NCBI GenBank assembly: GCA_046563655.1
Contig: CM102285.1
Span: 14,942,001 to 15,006,000 of the forward strand
DNA: 64,000 nt
Source of the DNA: Yuukianura sp. NJ FZ-2021
Lineage: Eukaryota
Reading direction: 5' to 3'
Shown here: positions 1-14,142 of the stretch, piece after piece
How the letters are laid out: each line of letters starts with the position of its first letter
Position numbering within the stretch: the stretch's first letter is position 1
Notes under the pieces: generated by a model
The model's input: the letters and a program-made list of their open reading frames with translations, nothing else
What the model was told of the DNA's origin: nothing
Database searches by the model: none
Made by a program: the position numbers and the translations under genes

Positions 1-3000
1 TCAAAATTTAAAAAAATCAATAGTAGGTTCCGAACGTAACTTCGGAGTTAAATTTCACAAAAGTTTTCATTTAAAAAAAATTTTTGACTGGAGAAAACTG
101 AATTTTGTGCATGAAAAATGAATCGGAGAGAAGCGGGAGAAAAATGGATAAAATTGGAAGAAGAGAAAACAGAATTGATTTGTGAACCTGTCTACATCCG
201 AAACGACTATGATACTTTTCCGTTAACGGCTAAACGGCTCGATTGAGTTATGATCATAAGTGCTTAGAGTATCCTCAGAAATTTAATAAAAGTGTGCGTT
301 CATCTTTGGATGTAATTTGATTTATGTCCTCATTCCACAAAAAAAGAGGAGAAAAACAGCCCAAACCGCACCAAAATTTCACTTTTTGTAATTTAGTATT
401 TTAGTCATCAAATTTCAATAGGTTTCTCTTCTTCCTTTGAACTTTTAGACTAACACAAAAGTCAAAACAGGCTTTTCATGTGATAATTCACAAATTACGT
501 AACAAAAGCATGGGGGGTTAAGTGTACCACTTTAGAGAAGAGTGGGGGGGGGATTTAGAATGAAATTGCATAAATTGAAACAACAAAAGAGAAATCACCC
601 CAAAGTGACTTTTGTTTTCCTTAATTAAATGGTGCAAATCAAGTTCAAAGCACGCGACAAAAAAACACAATTCTGCGTATGCTAATTAATTATGTAAGCA
701 TGAAGTGTGAATGGTCTTATTAAAACCAAACAACAAACAAACGCAAGTCACAAAAAACTGAAGTTATCACACAAATCAATCTAAACATTATTAAATTCTA
801 CCAATTACCTTGCTGCATTTTGCTCCGCCTCTCCCCCCACGGTTTAATTGCAAATCAAACTGTCAATTTAAGTAAACTATACAAATCAAACCTTTACCAC
901 AAAAAAAAAGCAAAACAAAGAGTTTTAGTGTTTAGTGGAAATGGAAATCGATAGAAAGCTTTTGCCGCAAGCATAGTTTTCCATTTCATTCGTAATTGAT
1001 CATTGTTTGCTCAAGGAAGCTTCAAGATCCCATGTCATTCAATACTTCTTTTCTTTTCCACAACATTTCAAAAAAAATTTTTTTTTTTTTGAAAAAGTGC
1101 AATTTGGAGTTTGAAATTACGATCCTGCCAAACCTGTCTTGTTTCATTTTTGTATTTCTCGTCAAGCCTTGTCACTTTTACTTTGTTCCACTTTTCACTT
1201 TACAAAGTCTACATAGAATGAAGTACGTAAACAATTGGATTTCTGTCATAAAACTGTCGCGCTACTCTCACTTTTTTCCAAGTTTTAAATTTCAAAAAAC
1301 ATAGCGAAAATTTTGAAAACCCAAAATTTCTGTACTGCTGTAGCGAAATATGGATTTTATGAGGCCAAAATCTAGTTTTTTTAAATTTGGATTTATAACA
1401 AATTCTGCAAAGATCTTGTTTCTTACCTTTTCAAAATCATGAACTAATAAATTCTGCAGTTTTTGAAATTTCTCAGATTCTTTCGAAATTTTGAAAATTG
1501 AGGTTAGGAATACACAAAAGAAAGGTGTTAAGAAAGATTGCGTTTGTGTTGATTTTGACTTGTAAGCCACAGAAGTTGGTTGTTAAGCCAGAGAAAGGAG
1601 AAAGTTCTTTTGTTTCTGGAGCTTAGGAAGTTTTAAGCCAAAGTGAATGGGAAGACTAAGCTGGGTGAACTGAGGGCTGGAATGGACGCTGGAAGCGCAG
1701 GGCAGTGCTCAACAAGCGTCAATTCCCAAGGCTAAACTCCCGTTCTGCAAGGACTCAACACAGTTCTGGACAAGGTTCCTTGACAACGAAAAGCGAATTT
1801 TTTAACAGGTTGGGTACTACCTCGGTTGTTGACAAAAAAAGGTACCAAATCTAAATCTTTAATAGGTGAGGTAATACCACATTCTTTTTTTACAAAATCA
1901 AAACATGTGGTATTACTCCACCTATTAAAGAAAATCAAAGTCAACAAACCTTGGTTCCGACTTTCGACCACTTTCACTCCCACCTCCAAACAACAAAATA
2001 ATTGGATAGCCAAGTCATAAAAAACTTTGGTAGGGTTTTACGATTTTCAAAGACATAACATTTTGATTCTTGGTCGTTTATAACCTCAACTTATGCAAAA
2101 TCCTCTTCAAAATTCAAAATTTTCACTGTGAATTCCTTCAACAACTAAATTCGACAGAAATAATTTTATGAACGATTGAAATGAAATTCTTTTAGCCGAC
2201 TTTTAAGTTTAACTTTTTTTTCGAAGGTATTGTGAAAGGTAAAGTCATTTAATTTGAGGTTGTTTAAAAATGGAAAAGAGTTTGAAAAGCGTTTGGCCGT
2301 GCAGGTCCAAGGACAACGGAACGCTCAGGCACTCATCACTTTTTCACGACTTTCTCCAAACCAATGCTTTCTCTTTCCTAGCTCAAAACCATTGAAAAAC
2401 ATAACCTAACAAAACATAACCTAACATATGAAACACGACAAACGAATAGAGTTGCACTGTGACCAACCATAACGCTCTTTTGCACCGGTCTTTGTTTGCT
2501 CTCAGTTGTTCCACTTTTTAGAAGAAAAAAAATGAAAAAACTCGAAAGCCTATTGTTAAAAAGTGCACTTGAAAGTGAAAGTTACAAAAAAAAATGTAAC
2601 AGGAATGCTTGACACAATTTCATTAGAGCAGGAGAAAGTTAGCTTTCAGAGAAAGTTTCATATTTTTTTTTAATTCACGAACTTTTTTTTAAATTTCTTG
2701 AAATTGGATCAGAATTGAAATTAAGTTTGAAGTATTTTATGAAAAAAGAAATCATTCTCACTCAACTTTTCTCTGAAATTCAGTTTAGAATTGGGTTTAA
2801 TTTGAATAAATTTAGAAATTTTGGGAAAAGTTAAAAAAAGAGACTTTTTTCTTTCATTTCCATTTCCATTAGGATTTGAAAGTTAAGCTTTCTCCAGAGA
2901 AAAGCCGAAGTTCTGGAAAGCACTTGAGAGGAACGTGGGCATTTTCTGTCAGAAGAAGCTTAAAAATTGTAAAAATTCTGAAAATTCCAAAACCCAAGTG

Positions 3001-6000
3001 GAAAGCCTGCGGCTTCTTTCTCTTTTTTTCAAATTTGGAAACTCCGAAAAAGTAAAAACGGCGGGAGTTACATAAAATTCGGTTTTCCTGGAACCATTTC
3101 CTTTGAAGTGGCCGTGTCCAGAGTCCATGAGCGGAGTATTCCGCCTTTCTCCTTCCGGTTGAGCAGCAGTTTCTGTTCAGTAACTGAACTTCAGTTGCTG
3201 AAATTCAGTTTAATCTAATAGAAATGCTCTGGAGAAAGTCACTTTCTGCCTGGAACTGGAGCTGCAGGAGGTTCCTCAAGTGTCAGAGGGAGGCTGGAAG
3301 TGACTCACGAGCCTTTTAATTCTCAAGTCCAGAGGCTTCTCAATTCAATTTACACTCCACTTTTAGTAGAGAAGAGATTAAGTTACTTTAGGATTCTCAA
3401 ATAAAACTTTTATCAAGCCATTCTCGTATTTCATGAGGCGGAAAATTTAATTTCCCACTCATTTTAAAACCATTCTATCCTCCTACGTGGGCAAGGAAAA
3501 TATGACCTCTGCAGAGGTCAATGACCTCGCATGACCTTACTTTAAAACTTTTTACGTAAAATTCAAAAAGTGATTCAAAGTAACTAACCAAACTTAATGG
3601 ATTAAAAACAATCCAAGAATACTGAGTGACGCAGAAAACTTCTGCAAAAGTTTTGGATTTTACTAATTTAAAGGGAATTTTTTTTAGAGGCGCATAAGAA
3701 TCGCAACAAACAAGCGTTTTGCGTCTTCCGCGCGGAAATGTTTTGAAAATCGACAGTGTGAGGAGTGACATGGTTACTATTGTCAGTTGACTTAAATAGA
3801 TGACCTGTGGGACATTCCTTGTGGATGGCTGGGATCCCACTTATGGTTAGGCTAACGTTAGGTTGGGAGGCATTAGGTTAAGGTTAGGCTGGAAGGCATT
3901 AGGTTAAGGTTATGTTGTGCAAGGGATGTCCACTTGTCGTCCTTGAAACCTTAATGGTTCCTTGGACGTAAAATATGGCTAATGGTCCAGAGCCAAGGAA
4001 TGAACAGGAAACCGGAGGTTAGGAGGTTCAAGTGCCAAGTTTTGGAGGAAGTAACTACGAAACATGTTTTAACTGGAAGGTTTTTCAGCAAGACTTTCCA
4101 AATTCTAACATTTTCAGTTTTTCAGTGCAATTCTGTGCACTCGGTGACTTTTCAAGTTGGAGTCTTTTGAAAATAAAAAAAATTGAGGATTTACTCCGCT
4201 TTCTCTTCCAGTCGGCTTCACGCTGAAGCTTTCTCCACCAAAAGTATCTAAAAACCAAAACCAATTTCCATAACTCCGAGCTTCCGTTAAGCTTTTTTGG
4301 TTAGGCTAACTTTTAACGTATGCGAATTGGAAAGGAAATGGGACAAAGTCTTGGCATCTTCATGCCTTTCTTCCGCATAAACAACACAGGTTTCACCTTT
4401 CACTCTTAGCCTAACATCAGCTTAACATTAGCCTAAGACCAACCTAACATTAGCCTAACATTAACCTAACTTAGCCTAACATTAACCTAACGCGTGCCTT
4501 CTTATTCCAAGAACAGACTAACTTTTTTTATGGCCACTTTTTACTTACTAAAAATTCTTGCTGAGTTTCATAAATTGCAGAATTTCCAGCGTAATTACCA
4601 ACATCATAAAATTTCTACTATGGCTATTTTCTTAAACTAAATTTTATCTGGAAAAAACATAAATATTCATAGAAAAAGTTTATGAATTTCAAATCACGAA
4701 CTTTAGTCACTCCAGCTTTTACAAAAAAAATCTTCATGACAAGAACTAAAACTGAAACGCAATTAACTATGAGTTTCCTTGTTCTAACTAACTCTTCAAA
4801 GTTAATTTTGACCTACTTAATTCCTAATTTCAACATCAGTCGAAACTTTATAATTTCATTTCTTAAAACTTTTTATGAACAGCATCAGCTAATCGTTTTC
4901 GTTGTGAGCCTTTGATTTTCGCATTTAATCGATTTCTGATCTGTCAACCGTTTTTAATTGTTCTAAAAAAACGTTTTCTGTTTAGTATAATTTAATTTAT
5001 ACATCGCATTTAATGTTTCTAACTTCTTTTCCGTTTTTTTTTTTGAAATTTGAGAACTTTTTGAATGTTTTTTGGTGTTGATTTCGGTCGTTTGGAGGAA
5101 TGAAAGGTGTGAAAATGAGTTCGTGCTAAAATGAGTCATGGTGCTTAGTATTTGAAATGATTTAGTTAAGGTGGTTGATAATTGAGTCTTTACGGAGAAA
5201 TTAGTGGTTGAATTAAGGCAATCGCGCAGCGTGTCCTATTAATCACAACCGGAATTTCCTTGTTCTATACGCATGCGCCAACTCACACTCGGTCAACAAC
5301 GCTTCACTTACTTAGCTTTCTAAGTTAAAAACATAACCTATGCTTAATAACCCACAATGATCATAATCAACTACAGTTATAACTATTTAAGTTATACTTA
5401 GGATTAACACACTAGGAAACTGATTTTGACAAAAGATAAACACCTCTCAGGAACAGTTTCTCCCTTCCTTCAAAAAAAGCATCAAACTTCCGTTTTTTAC
5501 TGTTAACTTCGCACCAAACTGACAACAAACTGACCTTCATTCTTGCACTAAATCTGCAACTGCATTGTACTTTACTAAAAATCCACTCAGAGGTCATTGA
5601 CCTCGTCGCTTGACACATTTCGAGGTCATTGATCTCTCCAAGTCACTTGACCTCCAAAGGTCAAACCAAAAATACAAAATTTCAAAAAACTTGAAACTTC
5701 AGAACATAAACGCCTCTTGCAGTTTTAGAATTCCAAAATCAGAAAACTCTTTAGAATTTTTTAGCTTACTTTTGCTTCACAGTGTGGAAAATCAGCGGCA
5801 GAAAACTAAAAAGTTAATTTTAAAAACTTAAAAATTGGATTTTACTTTACCTTAAACCGTAAATGCAGAATCCAGAAAATAAAAAACTACGCACTTCGTG
5901 CAGAAGTCTTTGACTTTGGAATGTTTCGCAATCGGTGTCTGCGGATCAACTGAAATTTGAATTTGGAATGACAGAATTTGCAGATTTATGAGAAGTTGAG

Positions 6001-7157
6001 AGACAGTGATGGAAGTGTTGACCAGTGAAGTTCTTATCACTCACTTTTTAAAATGTGTGTCACTTCCTAACCTAACTTTTAAAGTAAGATTAAAAGTTAA
6101 GTTGGCTTCCTGTTGACTGCAACGGAGCAGTTGAGAGACTGCCGCTTTGAAACTGATGCTGGATGGAATTGTTTTGCAGAAGCCCCTCAAGTATTTGTAG
6201 GATGTGAAACGTAAGTTGTTTTGAGGGTATAGCTCAGTGTTAGGGATTATTTCAATTGTTAGTGAATATACCTTATGCATTTTACAACTCACCAATCCCC
6301 CTAAGAACCACTTACAGGAATAGCCTACCTGTGTCTCTTTACTGTTGTGGAAAAAATACAGTCCAAGATCCATTATCTCAAGGCAGACTTCACCTATGGA
6401 CTAACTTTCCACTTACAAGAGAAAACTGAACAAAAAATTTAAATGTTAGGGGAACTTAACCTAGAGATGCTTAATGATGTGCTGGAAGAATCCTGTTTTC
6501 AAAAAAAAAGTTACCTAAACATGCAATAGTTTGAGAGATTCTGCTTCTTGAATTGTGAAATCAACTTTTTCAATACTTGAAGCGATGTGTTTTACTGAAG
6601 ACGCTTCCTATTTTCCGGAAATTTTCATGAATTCTCCTAAGATTATCATCAGATTTTCCTAAAATTTTCCAGAAAGTAAAGAAGAATTTTATAACTTTAT
6701 TTTAAAAGATTATTGTTCCCAGCAGAAAGAAAATATCAAGTGACTCGTTTTGTACTAAATACTGAAGAATTGGAAATTGGAAATTTTTGAAAAATTGAAA
6801 AGGAAATGGTTGATTAATCTGAATTTGGTTTTGTGGGTAATTATCACAGATTGTCATTGTGTCTCTCTGTCAATCAGAAAGACCAGAACCAAAACTCGTT
6901 TTGACACAATTTGGTCTTTGTTTTTGTGTGAAAGTGAAAGGATGTTGACGGTAAGACTGGAAACTGGTTTACGTTAAAAAGGAAACTTGGAATGTCGTGT
7001 CTAATGGTATTGGTAACATGATTTGGAATGAATTGGGAATTGCCAAATTGGGTTTACGGTAACTTCTCTAAACTTTATAGATTTTAACGGAAGCTTTTCT
7101 CTAGGAACGTTTCGTCTACACAGGAAGAAGCCAGGCATGGGAGTTTAAAATCCATTT

Positions 7158-7804
7158 TCAGCGAGTTTTGCGCTTTTTGTGTCGTCCGAACAGCGATTTT
7201 AGACTTCCGCCTTTGGAACTGAAGTTCATGAGTCCGAAACCGAAGAGGATAAGTAGTGTTCCCAGCCATGATAAAAGCGCCATGCTCTCATTGAACAGGG
7301 CTCTTCCAATTAGGGCCTAAATAAGAAAGTGTAATTAAAATTTGAAGCGAAGACGTGACTTGGCGACAGTTCTTAGAAAACTTACGGAAGAGAAGAAATT
7401 GGCAGCAGTGTTTGTCACAGTTGCTTCGAGAGAGGTATGACAGTAGCGCAGTGCTTTTAGAAACGTAGTTAACATTACTGCATTCACTAAAATCATCAGT
7501 ACAAACGCCAAACTCCGGATGTATAACACTTTCTACAAAACGGATCAAAATGTTAGTTTTTCATAAAAATTTTACCAAAATCAACCAATACTTAATTCAT
7601 TAGCCTTACCTGATCGCAAAATTTATCGGCTTCAGTCAAGGTCAGACGGAAGAACGATGTACAAACGTTTTCGCAGTGCCACTGCGTCTCACTCTGAGTC
7701 ATTGCGAATTTCCCAAACGTTCCAGCTACGCATGCCAATATGCCTGATGTCACGGCAAACGTAAATCCCTTCAACTTCTGCGGCGACTCCTTATTAGCTT
7801 CCAT
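7158..7804 (-). CDS. TMEM42: Transmembrane protein 42-like, 3 exons
   Basis: Spliced translation MEANKESPQKLKGFTFAVTSGILACVAGTFGKFA...LMILVNAVMLTTFLKALRYCHTSLEATVTNTAANFFSS|ALIGRALFNESMALLSWLGTLLILFGFGLM...KKRKTR*. The KAL..S..ATV..TA.NF.SSA..G...F.E pattern matches TMEM42. GT-AG introns. Confidence 0.8.
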
Positions 7805-8135
7805 GCTGTTCCAGTTTGGATATCCAAAACTAAATTTAAAAAAAAATCATTAACTACAAAGCAAAAAAAAATCAAACCAAAAATAAAACATGACATAATT
7901 TCGAAATTCCTTTACTTTTTAGACTGATTCTTTGAGGCTCTTGTTGAGAGGAAGGTGTTAGCATGGACAGCTTAATCCTTGGTGTAATTGGAAGGAACGA
8001 GTCAATTACTAATTAGTTTTTACTAATCAACAACAACAAAAATAAACAAGTTCTCTTATGTGAATCTCAAATTGAACAGCTGTAATATGTAAACAGACCA
8101 GGGGTCGCCTAATCCTCAGAATCCGCTGATCTCCT

Positions 8136-8210
8136 TTTGGCGGGAATCCGCTTTTGCCCTCTTATTTTTGAATTGGTATTTTCACACCTCCTGTTCGGGC
8201 TGGACCAATA
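8136..8210 (+). promoter_or_regulatory. Candidate cell-cycle promoter elements upstream of polo (E2F-like site, CHR, CCAAT)
   Basis: TTTGGCGGGAA at 8136-8146, TTTGAA at 8167-8172 and CCAAT near 8206, in the ~900-bp divergent TMEM42/polo spacer. The motifs are short and support is contextual only. Confidence 0.35.
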
Positions 8211-8707
8211 GGAGAGTTGGTTGTTGGGATTTGGAACAAATCCACTCGGCAGAAAGGAGAGGGAACACAAAGCACGGTTTAGCAATCACTTCTTGTCTCC
8301 GGCACAACAAAGTCAAGTAAACAACGGTATCTTTGGATCTTCCGGAATTCAGCAACAGATAAGCCACACGGACTAAGAGGAGAGAGGTCAAGAGGTCACA
8401 GTCACATCCACATAAGGTATCCTCGTATCTCGACTTTATCATTCGACTATCGACTATCGCCATTCGCCAATGTTTTATGCGGATTCTTATCTTGCAGTGT
8501 CTCTCTTTCGTTCTTATCTGGATTGCTTTATTCAAGATTCCGAGACGGGAAGACTGAAGTGAAACGTAATCCACACGACGCTTAGGCTGGAGTATCGCAC
8601 TGCTGTGAATAATAAGTAATCAAAACTATTTAACACCAGGTACTGTTTCTATCTAATTACAAATTGCGAATAAGTTGTAGCGATTGATTTAAAATTTAGG
8701 TCAGAAG

Positions 8708-11192
<2,485 letters not shown>

Positions 11193-12195
11193 TCCTTTTG
11201 GGATATGGATGATTATCTTGAGTGTATCGATGATTATCTCTTAGGATATCCATGATTATCGCTGAAACCCTATGTTTCTAACTTACTATTTTGTATGGAA
11301 GCCTTAGCACTGGCTATCCTCTCCATTTTTCGAGTTTGTAACAACGTAACCTTTGACCTTGGCCTACTTTGGCCTCGTGTCACTACACCATTTTCGTACA
11401 TTTTACTTTTTCAATTTCACTTTAGTTCAAAAAAGTTCCATTTTCTCAAACGAGTAAACAAGGATTGACAAAGATAAACAAAAAACTGCCCAATGTATAT
11501 TTTAGTAGGATAATATTTTTACGTGTAAATTGTTAGGAGATAAGTACAGCAACTCACTTTTTCGGCTCAATGAAATTTTAATTCTCAAACTCACATTTGC
11601 GTTTTTATTTTAGTTTTTAAAGAGGTGCAAAAGTATTTTTTTTAATAAGCGTGTGTGTATATAAATTAGTCTAAAAACTTAATTCGAGCTAAATCAAAGA
11701 AAAAAAAATCAGCAACAAAATTTTTTTTTCAAAATTTCGAAAAAAAAAAAAAATTCAAAATTTCGAAAAAAAAAAAATTTTTTTTTTTTAGAAAAAGTAG
11801 AAATGAAAAGTAGGCAATTCTACAAACACCCACGCTCGCGCTCTAACTCGCTTAGATCTGAGATCGGAAAGTGCCGAACCATGCCCTCATCGAGACCATG
11901 AAAATCGTTCGTTACGCGACAGGATGCATTCCCACCCACCCATGCACCACCCTTCCAACTCATCTGAATTCGACAAATCAACGCAGATCTTACGATTTTA
12001 GGTTCCCGCCAATCGCAACTCACCGGAGTTGCATCAGCCACTTCCACAGCTTCTTCTGCCAGTTTCGGTCCGTCTTCATCTCCCTCCATCTTCTCCACAC
12101 AGTCAACGTCTGCTGCTCGTACCGAGAAGACCTCGCCATTCCTTTCGTCAGCATCCATCTTGCTTTTTCCCACTTGGACAACACAACAGGTAACA

Positions 12196-12420
12196 CCGAA
12201 AATGACCTCTGCGAAAGTTGTTTAGGGTTTTAAAGGGAACATTTTTTGTCTTATAAAGTATGGCACTGTGACCGTTCCCTGAGGTCACAGGTCGACCTAA
12301 AGGAAGCCGAGAAATCTTCTTTGAGCTGTGACGTCAGGGAAGGGTCACAGTGCCATACATTATAGGACAAAAAATGCTCCCTTTAAGACCCTGAACAACT
12401 TTCACAGAGGTCATTTTCGG
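12196..12420. mobile_element. Foldback/MITE-like element with 95-bp inverted arms and a 35-bp spacer
   Basis: 12196-12290 is the reverse complement of 12326-12420 with about 8 substitutions. No ORF and no clear target-site duplication. Confidence 0.6.
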
Positions 12421-12751
12421 GTTTGTCTAAGGTCAGTTTTCACAAAAGTACTTTGAAAATTTTCAATACATGGGAGAGTATGGGAGTGCGTTAAAGTTGG
12501 TCCCTTCCACCCGGTCGGCCCTACTACATTTCTCTGGACATACCGTCACTGTATCTTTTTCATTGATTAATAAATTAATCCTCATTGCAGTTCCCCTTTT
12601 TACCTCATTTACTCGTCTTCCGACGTACTTCCGGGTGACCTTTGAGTCGGCCCTTCGGGTAGTTCTCTCCGAACTTTCCCTCAGTGTCGTAACGTAATAA
12701 CCAAATTTGAGTTGTATACTATTTATAATAATTTGTGTTTAAAAAAGGAAA

Positions 12752-13402
12752 ATGGTGATCAGTCTCGACCCCAACAACTTGAGGGCCTACTTGAATCTGG
12801 TGGAGGAAAAGGCATTGCAATACACCGGAAATGGTAACGGTCCACAGTTGGAAGCTGCTGTCAAGTCTCTTGGCGAACAAATTGAGTTGTGGCTGGCCAA
12901 GGAAAAGCTTCGTCTCCACTTCATGATGTTCAACCTTGAGCAGCCTTACTATAAATCACTCAAGGGATGGTTGGATTTCCAAGAGTAAGCATATAACAAT
13001 TATCACAATTTTCAACTCGTTTCTACGGAAACAAAATACAGATGTACTACTGTTTTAGCTGGCTGGCACTCACTATCCTTTATTATACCATATTTTTCTC
13101 GTGTAACGCACAAGAGTATAGGCGAGAAATTACGGTGATTCATGTTCGTAATTGAAATGAATTAACTTTTTGTTAGAATATTCATATTCAACCGGAGGTT
13201 TGGAATGTGGCTCTTTGAGGAAGGAACTTTCGAGAACATTGGAATTGGTTCGTACGAGAACTGGCGGTTTGGTGGCTACAATGGTGGAAACTTCGAAAGG
13301 AGTGGAGAGCCGGTGAAATTGTTCCGCAAGTGGTATGGTGGTAGGCATTATGGACTTCCACGGCGCGTTACGTTTAGAAAGATTGAATCTCGATGCTCCT
13401 GA
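12752..13402 (+). CDS. 152-aa YvgO-like (bacterial stress-protein family) protein; exons 12752-12984 and 13177-13402
   Basis: GT-AG intron 12985-13176 joins the exons in frame (459 nt total): ...LHFMMFNLEQPYYKSLKGWLDFQEIFIFNRRFGMWLFEEGTFENIGIGSYENWRFGGYNGGNFERSG... This resembles the YvgO pattern N.M.FNL.Q.Y...G.W.FE.G.F.N.GDGG..NW.F.G. Confidence 0.7.
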
Positions 13403-13880
13403 TCAGCTGATCAAGGTAAAACTTGCGAAAAAGCAGCAAACGCCAATTCCAAATGAAACAATCCAAAATTCACTATGTTCTCTGTCATTTTCAGAGTCTT
13501 CCAATCTGCAGGCTCAACGTCGCAGTTCCAGATTTCAACTTTCTCCACAAACTTGTGTCGTAGCAGTTGAGCAAATTTTCGAAAAACTAAAATGTGTAGA
13601 TGAGTTGATTATATTCCTTTTTGTTAAATTGGTTGGTTAAATAAAAGTTGGGAAAATAAAAACAAGGATTTCTTATTTTTTTGTGAGTGCTCTCTTCCAG
13701 CTCTCTTGTGAGCTCTATTAAAGTCCGCGATTCCCGGTTTCAAATCAGAGTGTACAGTCAGCTGAGACGGGGTGACACGCCCACCGAGTTCGTTTCTGTA
13801 GGCTAAAGAAAAAATAACACTAAGATTTTCATGTTTTGTGTACTTGTACAGTGAGCTGCGAATGTTGTGAACCAAAAAAC

Positions 13881-13973
13881 TTTCTCCTAAATCTCTTTTC
13901 CTTTCCACCTCGATTTCGGCCCTTGGATCAAGGGTTGAAATCGAGGTGGAGAGGAAAAGGGGTTTAGGAGAAA
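13881..13973 (+). other. 45-bp hairpin with a 3-nt loop; candidate structured RNA
   Basis: 13881-13925 pairs with 13929-13973. All five non-Watson-Crick positions are G:U on the + strand. Confidence 0.6.
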
Positions 13974-14142
13974 GGTTTTTTGCTCCAAAACATTCGCAGC
14001 TCACTATATGTATGCAATGCAATGACAGGAGCGCATGAGCTGAAAATCATTGACAATTGATTTTATGAAGTTTTTGACACTTTAATGTACAGCATCGTGA
14101 ATATCGTTGTAACTCTCGAAACTTTTGAAATTAGAAACTAAT

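Noticed and set aside
996..7000. Short ORFs from the ORF track
   Set aside because: Phe/Lys/Leu-rich translations of AT-rich DNA with no recognisable motifs or consistent splice structure.
11695..11795. A/T-run pseudo-palindrome after polo
   Set aside because: Low complexity; AAAATTT-type runs are common in introns throughout the window.
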